A stretch of DNA of 64,000 bases from Candidatus Brocadiia bacterium (GTDB lineage Bacteria; Planctomycetota; Brocadiia; CAIUPP01): assembly GCA_050015075.1 (NCBI GenBank), contig JBEKCB010000021.1, positions 1-64,000 of the forward strand, given 5' to 3'. The position numbers were made by a program, and so were the translations under genes. The notes beneath the pieces are model-generated. The model did not search any database. It saw only the letters and a list, made by a program, of their open reading frames with translations, and was not told the origin of the DNA. Below, piece after piece: positions 57,785 to 64,000 of this stretch (within the stretch, counting starts at the first letter, position 1; each line of letters opens with the position of its first letter).

Positions 57785-59176
57785 ATGACGCGCGAGAGTG
57801 CGATCCTCGAACGAAGAAATGGAACCCGGAACAAGCTTCTCGCCGGGGACCGTCAAGCACATGACTGGTACCGTTTTGTTCTTTCGTTCCCGCCGCACCT
57901 TGTCCGCGACTATCTCCAGCGCTTCCGGGTGAGCGCGGGACAATGTGCACTCGATCCGTTCTGCGGCACTGGAACCACACTCGTCGAATGCAAGAAACTG
58001 GGGATACGCAGCGTCGGCGTCGAGGCCAATCCCATGGCTTGGTTTGCCAGCCGCGTTAAAACGAATTGGAGCGGACGCCCGGAAGGACTGCGCCAGCACG
58101 CAGAATTCGTCGCCGACAGGACCTTGGAGCGTTTGCGGGCCGACGGGATTGAGGACGATCCATTCTTTCGCGCCCCCAGACGAGCCCGTACCGCCTTGCG
58201 CGGATTGGCGCCGGAGCAAGAAAGTTTACTCCTCAGCGGCTCCATCAGCCCGATGCCGTTACACAAGACTCTCGTCCTCCTGGAAACTCTGCAAGAGCAC
58301 CGCGATGAACGCTTTGACGATTACGAGCGGTTGGCCCTCGCCAAGGCCCTTGTTCAGACCATCGGCAACTTGCATTTCGGGCCGGAAGTCGGCGTAGGAC
58401 CGGCCAAGCCGGACGCGCGCGTGGTTTCCTCCTGGCTGGAAGGCGTCAACGCTATTGCGAATGATCTGCGCGAGTTGGCGCGCTTGGAGCGGACTCCGGC
58501 AACCGTTCACAACGCGGACTCGCGTCAGATTGCAGACCTGCTTCAGCCCGAAAGCGTTGACGCCGTAATTACGTCGCCCCCTTACCCGAACGAGAAAGAC
58601 TACACGCGCACGACCCGGTTGGAGTTGGTCATCCTCGGGTTGATTCACAGCAAGGAGGAATTGCGTAATCTCAAGAAAGGCCTTGTGCGTTCCAACACGC
58701 GCAGCGTGTACGTCGCCGACGACGACGATCAGTGGATTCGTGACCATCCGGAAATCAAGCGAATCGCCGACGCGATCGAGAGCCGACGTATCGAGTTGGG
58801 CAAGACCTCCGGTTTTGAACGGCTTTATCCGCGCGTGACCAAGCTCTACTTCGGCGGCATGGCGCGACATCTGGCCGGATTACGCCAAGTCCTTCGACCG
58901 GGCGCGCAACTGGCCTATGTCGTCGGGGACCAAGCATCGTACTTGCGCGTCATGATCCGCACGGGCAAGATACTCGCGGAAATCGCGCAATCACTCGGGT
59001 ATGAATTGACCGGCATTGACCTCTTCCGCACGCGACTCGCGACGGCAACGCGGGAGCAGTTGCGCGAGGAAGTCGTATTGCTTCGCTGGCCGGGGACCGT
59101 GGCAACAACATGCGTCCGGGAGCGTCCGGCAAAATACCGACGGAAGCTACGAAGAACAGGGAAGAAACGGAGATGA
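57785..59176 (+). CDS. Amino-type DNA methyltransferase (probably N4-cytosine)
   Basis: DPFCGTGTT (motif I) precedes ITSPPY (motif IV); lower GC. Confidence 0.88.
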   Translation: MTRESAILERRNGTRNKLLAGDRQAHDWYRFVLSFPPHLVRDYLQRFRVSAGQCALDPFCGTGTTLVECKKLGIRSVGVEANPMAWFASRVKTNWSGRPEGLRQHAEFVADRTLERLRADGIEDDPFFRAPRRARTALRGLAPEQESLLLSGSISPMPLHKTLVLLETLQEHRDERFDDYERLALAKALVQTIGNLHFGPEVGVGPAKPDARVVSSWLEGVNAIANDLRELARLERTPATVHNADSRQIADLLQPESVDAVITSPPYPNEKDYTRTTRLELVILGLIHSKEELRNLKKGLVRSNTRSVYVADDDDQWIRDHPEIKRIADAIESRRIELGKTSGFERLYPRVTKLYFGGMARHLAGLRQVLRPGAQLAYVVGDQASYLRVMIRTGKILAEIAQSLGYELTGIDLFRTRLATATREQLREEVVLLRWPGTVATTCVRERPAKYRRKLRRTGKKRR

Positions 59177-59988
59177 GCAAGCAGAACCGATACGAGGATA
59201 TCATTGAGGCCATCTTTCGTTCGCATTCCATAGTACCAAGCGGATATAAGGAGTTCGAGTTCGGCCGAGACGAAATAGAACGTCAAGCGAAAAAGCTTCG
59301 CATCCAGCTGCCCAAAAACCTGGGCGACCTCATCTATAGTTTCCGCTATCGGACAGAGCTGCCGCCCTGGATTCGTCATTATGCGCCTGAAGGAAAGCAG
59401 TGGGTTATTCGCCCTGCTGGGCGCAGCCGGTATCGCTTCGCGCTCGTCAGCGCGGCGCGTATCGAACCACATCCGCTCGCGCCCGAGATAAAGATACCCG
59501 ATGCGACTCCGGGAATCATCGCCAGGCATTCCCTGTCTGATGAACAGGCGCTTCTGGCTAGAGTACGATACAACCGCCTCCTGGACATCTTCTGCGGCGT
59601 TGCAGCCTATTCGCTTCAAAGCCACTTGCGCAGTTCAGTTCCGGAAATGGGACAAGTAGAGACAGACGAAGTTTACGTCGGCATTCATCGCCGCGGAGCG
59701 CAGTACGTCTTTCCGGTTCAGGCGAAGGGCAAAAAGGACAAGCTCAGTCTTATCCAGATCGAGCAAGACCTCGCCCTTTGCAAGCTGAGATTCCCAGGCT
59801 TGATTTGCCGGCCTATCGGCGCACAGTTCCTTCCAGACCAAGGCATCGTCCTGTTCGAGTTTCGGGAAATGGAGGGGGTGGTCAAGCTGATTGCCGAAGA
59901 ACACTATCGTCTTGTTCCCTCCGATCAAATCACACAGGAAGACCTCAAGGCTTACGCGGCGCTTGTCGGCAAAGACCAGCTACAATAG
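59173..59988 (+). CDS. Putative PD-(D/E)XK restriction endonuclease
   Basis: ETDEVYVG...PVQAK motif; ATGA coupling to the methyltransferase. Confidence 0.7.
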   Translation: MSKQNRYEDIIEAIFRSHSIVPSGYKEFEFGRDEIERQAKKLRIQLPKNLGDLIYSFRYRTELPPWIRHYAPEGKQWVIRPAGRSRYRFALVSAARIEPHPLAPEIKIPDATPGIIARHSLSDEQALLARVRYNRLLDIFCGVAAYSLQSHLRSSVPEMGQVETDEVYVGIHRRGAQYVFPVQAKGKKDKLSLIQIEQDLALCKLRFPGLICRPIGAQFLPDQGIVLFEFREMEGVVKLIAEEHYRLVPSDQITQEDLKAYAALVGKDQLQ

Positions 59989-60075
59989 ACTCCACCGCTG
60001 TTGAAAGATTCCGCCCAACCCGCTAGATTCTTGTATCCGGCCGCGCCTGCGCCGGCTTTATCTCAAGGGTGAGAA

Positions 60076-63000
60076 ATGTTTCGTCCTGTCGAAAAGAATT
60101 TCGATCTCGTCGCCGCCGAACATGAAATCCTCCAGTTCTGGAAGGACACGGACGCGTTCGAGAAACTGCGCGCGAAGAACGCGGGGAAGCCGAAGTGGTC
60201 CTTCCTCGACGGCCCGATCACGGCCAATAATCCGATGGGCGTCCACCACGCCTGGGGCCGCTCGCTCAAGGACTGCTACCAGCGCTTCCACGCGATGAAG
60301 GGCCGCGAACTCCGCTACCAGAACGGCTTCGATTGCCAGGGCCTCTGGGTCGAGGTCGAGGTCGAGAAGGAGCTGGGCTTCAAGACCAAGCGCGATATCG
60401 AGGCGCACGGTCTCGAGAGGTTCATCAACCAGTGCAAGGAGCGCGTGAATAAGTTCGCCCGCATTCAGACGGAGCAGTCCATCCGGCTCGGCTATTGGAT
60501 GGACTGGGACCGCGAGGAGGACTGGGCCAAGGCGCCGGGCGAGCGCCGCAGTTACTTCACGATGTCCGACGAGAACAATTACACGATCTGGGCGTTCCTG
60601 AAGAAGTGCCACGAGCGCAAGCTGATCTACAAGGGACTCGACGCGATGCCCTGGTGCCCGCGCTGCGGCACGGGCATTTCCGAGCAGGAGCGCCGCGAGG
60701 GCTATAAGCGGATTCTCGACCAGGCGGTGTACATTAAGCTGCGCCTGCGCGGGCGGCCGGGCGAGCACCTGCTGGTGTGGACGACCACGCCGTGGACGCT
60801 CGCCGCCAACGTGGCCTGCGCGGTGCACCCGGAGATGCCGTACGTGAAGGTCCGCCAGGGCGACGAGGTTTACTATCTCGCTCGCGAGTTGCTGCGCGTG
60901 ATGAAGGAGCACGGGCCGTTCGAGGTCCTCGAGGAACTGCCCGGCAGCCGGCTGCTCGGACTGGAGTACGAAGGGCCGTTCGACGACCTGCCCAAGCCGG
61001 CCGAGGTCCAGGCCGCGCATCGCGTGATCGCGTGGAAGGAGGTCACCGCCACCGAGGGAACCGGCATCGTGCACATCGCGCCAGGCTGCGGCAAGGAGGA
61101 TTTCGACCTCTCGAAGGAGCTGAACCTGCCCGTGCTGGCGCCGATTGACGAGGCGGGCATTTACGTGCAGGGCTACGGGTTCCTTTCCGGCCGGTTCGCC
61201 GGCGAGGTCGCCAACGACGTGCTCGAAGAGCTGCGCCGGCGCAACGTCTATTACAAGCGCGAGATGTACGAGCACGATTACCCGCACTGCTGGCGCTGCA
61301 AGACGCAATTGCTCTTCCGCGCCGTGGACGAGTGGTACATCAACATGTCCTGGCGCGAGGAGATCATGAAGATCGTCCACCAGATCCGCTGGATCCCCGA
61401 CTACGGCAAGGACCTGGAGCTGGACTGGCTGGCGAACATGCACGACTGGATGATCAGCAAAAAGCGGTACTGGGGGCTCGCGCTGCCGATCTTCTCGTGC
61501 GAGTGCGGCTGGTTCGACGTCATCGGCGGCAAGGAGGAACTCAAAGCGCGCGCGGTCGCCGGCTGGGAGCAGTTCGAAGGCAACTCGCCGCATCGGCCCT
61601 GGGTGGACGCCATCCGCATCCGGTGCGAGAAGTGCGGCGGCCAAGCCGCGCGCATCCCGGACGTCGGCAACCCGTGGCTCGACGCCGGCATCGTCCCCTA
61701 CTCGACCGTCCGCTACAACAGCGACCGCGAGTACTGGAAGAAATGGATCCCGGCCGACCTCGTGCTCGAGTGTTTCCCCGGCCAGTTCCGCAACTGGTTC
61801 TACGCCCTGCTCTCCATGAGCGCGATGATGGAGCAGACGCCGCCCTTCCGCACGCTCCTCGGCCACGCCTTCGTCCGCGACGAAAAGGGCGAGGAGATGA
61901 GCAAGTCCGGCCCCAACTCCATCGTCTTCGACGAGGGAGCGGAGAAGGCGGGCGTGGACGCCATGCGCTGGCTCTTCTGCCGCCAGAACCCGAGCAACAA
62001 CCTGAACTTCGGCTACACGCTCACCGAGCAGGTCCGGCGCAAGGTCTTCAACACCTGGTGGAATACCCTCAGCTTCTTTATCAGCTACGCGCGGACGGAC
62101 GATTTCGATCCGGCGCTGCCCAAGGTCCCGGTCGCCGAGCGGCAGGATCTCGACCGCTGGATCCTCTCGCGGCTACAGGAACTGCTGGCGACGGCCAACG
62201 AGCGGCTGGCGGAGTACGATGCGCCGTCGCTGGTGCGCGCGGCGGAGGAGTTCATTGACGCGCTGAGCACCTGGTACGTGCGGCGCTCGCGCCGGCGCTT
62301 CTGGCGGCCGAAGGACCCGAACGACCGCGACAAGCTCGCCGCGTACCAGACGCTGCACGAGGCGCTCGTGGCGCTCTGCAAGGCGCTCGCGCCGGTCGTC
62401 CCGTTCCTCACCGAGCGGTTCTACCAGCGGCTCGTCCGCGACGTGGACCCGGCCGCGCCGGAGAGCGTCCACCATTGCGATTATCCGCAGCCGGACCCGG
62501 CGCTCCACGACGAGGCGCTCAGCCGCGAGATGGATGCGGCGATGCAGATCGTCTCCGACACGCTGGCGCTCCGCGAGTCGCGCCAGTTGCGCGTCCGCCA
62601 GCCGCTGAGCGAGATGATCCGGCTCCCGGCCCCTGCCGATGAGACGCAGGCGAACGCACTGCGCCGCTTCAAAGCACATATCCTGGACGAGCTCAACATC
62701 AAGAAGCTGACGATAGCACATGATCTTACAGGGATCGTTTCGTACGAGATCAAGCCGAACATGAAACTCCTCGGCCCGAAATACGGCAACGAGGCTGGAC
62801 GGCTCCGGGAGCTGCTTGCTGTTCTGGTAGAAAAGCAAGGCGCAGCATGGGTGGCCGAGCAAGTGCTGAAGAAGAATCCGATCAAGCTTCGTAGCGGAGA
62901 GGAATTCCTTCCGGAGGAAATCATCGTCGACAGGAAAGAGGCCGCCGGCTGGGCGGTGTCAGCCCAGGGCCAAGGCTGGACAGGGATCAATTACATCATC

Positions 63001-63270
63001 ACGCCGGAACTTGAACGCGAAGGTTTCGCTCGCGACATCGTCCGGCACATCCAGCAGATTCGCAAGGAACTCGACCTCGACCTCATGGACCACGTCACCG
63101 TCGCGTACGAGACCGCCGACGAAGTTCTGCTCAAGGCGATCGAGGAGAACCGGCCGCACATCCGCGGCGAGACGCTGTGCGACGATCTGTTCCCAGGCCA
63201 CAGCGAATCGGCAAAGGACATCACTCTTTCCGGCCGCGACATCCGGCTCACGGTTCAGAAAGTCGGCTGA
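60076..63270 (+). CDS. ileS: Isoleucine--tRNA ligase, type 2
   Basis: DGPITAN, GVHH, GFDCQGL, WTTTPWT, GTGIVH, DWMISKKRYWG, EMSKS, WYVRRSRRRFW; no C-terminal zinc finger. Confidence 0.96.
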   Translation: MFRPVEKNFDLVAAEHEILQFWKDTDAFEKLRAKNAGKPKWSFLDGPITANNPMGVHHAWGRSLKDCYQRFHAMKGRELRYQNGFDCQGLWVEVEVEKELGFKTKRDIEAHGLERFINQCKERVNKFARIQTEQSIRLGYWMDWDREEDWAKAPGERRSYFTMSDENNYTIWAFLKKCHERKLIYKGLDAMPWCPRCGTGISEQERREGYKRILDQAVYIKLRLRGRPGEHLLVWTTTPWTLAANVACAVHPEMPYVKVRQGDEVYYLARELLRVMKEHGPFEVLEELPGSRLLGLEYEGPFDDLPKPAEVQAAHRVIAWKEVTATEGTGIVHIAPGCGKEDFDLSKELNLPVLAPIDEAGIYVQGYGFLSGRFAGEVANDVLEELRRRNVYYKREMYEHDYPHCWRCKTQLLFRAVDEWYINMSWREEIMKIVHQIRWIPDYGKDLELDWLANMHDWMISKKRYWGLALPIFSCECGWFDVIGGKEELKARAVAGWEQFEGNSPHRPWVDAIRIRCEKCGGQAARIPDVGNPWLDAGIVPYSTVRYNSDREYWKKWIPADLVLECFPGQFRNWFYALLSMSAMMEQTPPFRTLLGHAFVRDEKGEEMSKSGPNSIVFDEGAEKAGVDAMRWLFCRQNPSNNLNFGYTLTEQVRRKVFNTWWNTLSFFISYARTDDFDPALPKVPVAERQDLDRWILSRLQELLATANERLAEYDAPSLVRAAEEFIDALSTWYVRRSRRRFWRPKDPNDRDKLAAYQTLHEALVALCKALAPVVPFLTERFYQRLVRDVDPAAPESVHHCDYPQPDPALHDEALSREMDAAMQIVSDTLALRESRQLRVRQPLSEMIRLPAPADETQANALRRFKAHILDELNIKKLTIAHDLTGIVSYEIKPNMKLLGPKYGNEAGRLRELLAVLVEKQGAAWVAEQVLKKNPIKLRSGEEFLPEEIIVDRKEAAGWAVSAQGQGWTGINYIITPELEREGFARDIVRHIQQIRKELDLDLMDHVTVAYETADEVLLKAIEENRPHIRGETLCDDLFPGHSESAKDITLSGRDIRLTVQKVG

Positions 63271-63281
63271 AGGAGGCACTC

Positions 63282-63932
63282 ATGCGTGCGAGGAGAATGC
63301 TTGGCGCGTTGGGCGTTGCGCTGTTCCTGGGCGGCATGGCGCTGGCGGCGGACGAGGCGCTCAAGCCGATCCCGCTGCCGAAGCCGCAGATGGAGGGCGG
63401 CAAGCCGTTGATGCGGGCGCTGAAGGACCGGCAGACCTCGCGCAGCTTCAGCTCCGAGAAGCTGTCGAAGCAGATCCTCTCGAACCTGCTCTGGGCGGCG
63501 GACGGAGTGAATCGGCCGGACGGCAAGCGCACCGCTCCGTCAGCGGTAAACTGGCAGGAAATTGACGTCTACGTCGCCATGGCCGACGGACTTTTTCTTT
63601 ACGACGCGAAGGCGAACGCGCTGCAGCCCGTGCTGGAGAAGGACATCCGGGAAACGACCGGAAAGCAGCCGTTCGTGAAGGACGCGCCGCTGAGCCTGGT
63701 CTTCGTCGCGGATTACGCGAAGATGGGCGACATATCCGACGCCGACAAGGCAATGTATTCGGCGGCGGACACGGGGTTCATCAGCCAGAACGTCTACCTG
63801 TTCTGCGCGTCGGAGGGGCTGGCGACGGGCGTGCGCGGGATGATACCCAGGGAAGAACTCGCGCAGGCGATGAAGCTGCGCCCGGACCAGAAGATCGTCC
63901 TGGCCCAGGGCGTCGGCTATCCGAAGAAGTAA
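63282..63932 (+). CDS. Nitroreductase / SagB-like protein with signal peptide
   Basis: RQTSRSF, RTAPSA, DTGFISQNVYL, VGYP; RBS AGGAGG. Confidence 0.88.
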   Translation: MRARRMLGALGVALFLGGMALAADEALKPIPLPKPQMEGGKPLMRALKDRQTSRSFSSEKLSKQILSNLLWAADGVNRPDGKRTAPSAVNWQEIDVYVAMADGLFLYDAKANALQPVLEKDIRETTGKQPFVKDAPLSLVFVADYAKMGDISDADKAMYSAADTGFISQNVYLFCASEGLATGVRGMIPREELAQAMKLRPDQKIVLAQGVGYPKK

Positions 63933-63980
63933 GCCTTCGAGGGGAAGGCAACGAGTTTTTGCCGCAAAGAGACGCAAAAG

Positions 63981-64000
63981 CTCTATCGTCCATCGTCCAT
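63981..64000. repeat. Start of another TATCGTC/CATCGTC heptamer element (cut by the window edge)
   Basis: CTATCGTCCATCGTCCAT, same unit as 20823-20910. Confidence 0.6.

Noticed and set aside
1-64000. tRNA or rRNA genes
   Set aside because: No cloverleaf with a T-arm signature or rRNA-like stretch seen in the intergenic regions.

Overview
GC-rich bacterial chromosomal window, probably Planctomycetota (inferred from a TPR protein with two RNA polymerase alpha-CTD domains and A-F type prepilins). Left to right: a minus-strand ruvA-ruvB-[HEPN-MNT]-queH-spoIID-tgt-yajC-secDF operon; a small lower-GC islet with an IS1-like remnant, a NYN nuclease and a candidate cis-antisense sRNA; a fluoride-riboswitch-controlled cation/proton antiporter; exported hydrolases and beta-helix paralogs; hypCDE; a type IV pilus cluster with a sigma54-type promoter; a dacB-thyA-degT-glycosyltransferase cluster; a second HEPN-MNT pair; waaF, fic, pilD, rbsK; an orphan Mu GemA-like gene; decayed hicAB; an ECF sigma/anti-sigma cassette; a 6S-like RNA candidate; CNNM, COG4280 and MFS membrane proteins; a type II RM-like pair; a GxHH-type ileS; and a nitroreductase. 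The main signals not explained by the gene list are: (1) NYN with a convergently transcribed antisense RNA, (2) a dispersed family of inverted short-tandem-repeat elements with 6-10 nt units, some translated inside proteins, and (3) strong window-wide depletion of RTCGAY. No tRNA, rRNA or CRISPR array was seen. All calls come from reading motifs by eye; no searches were run.
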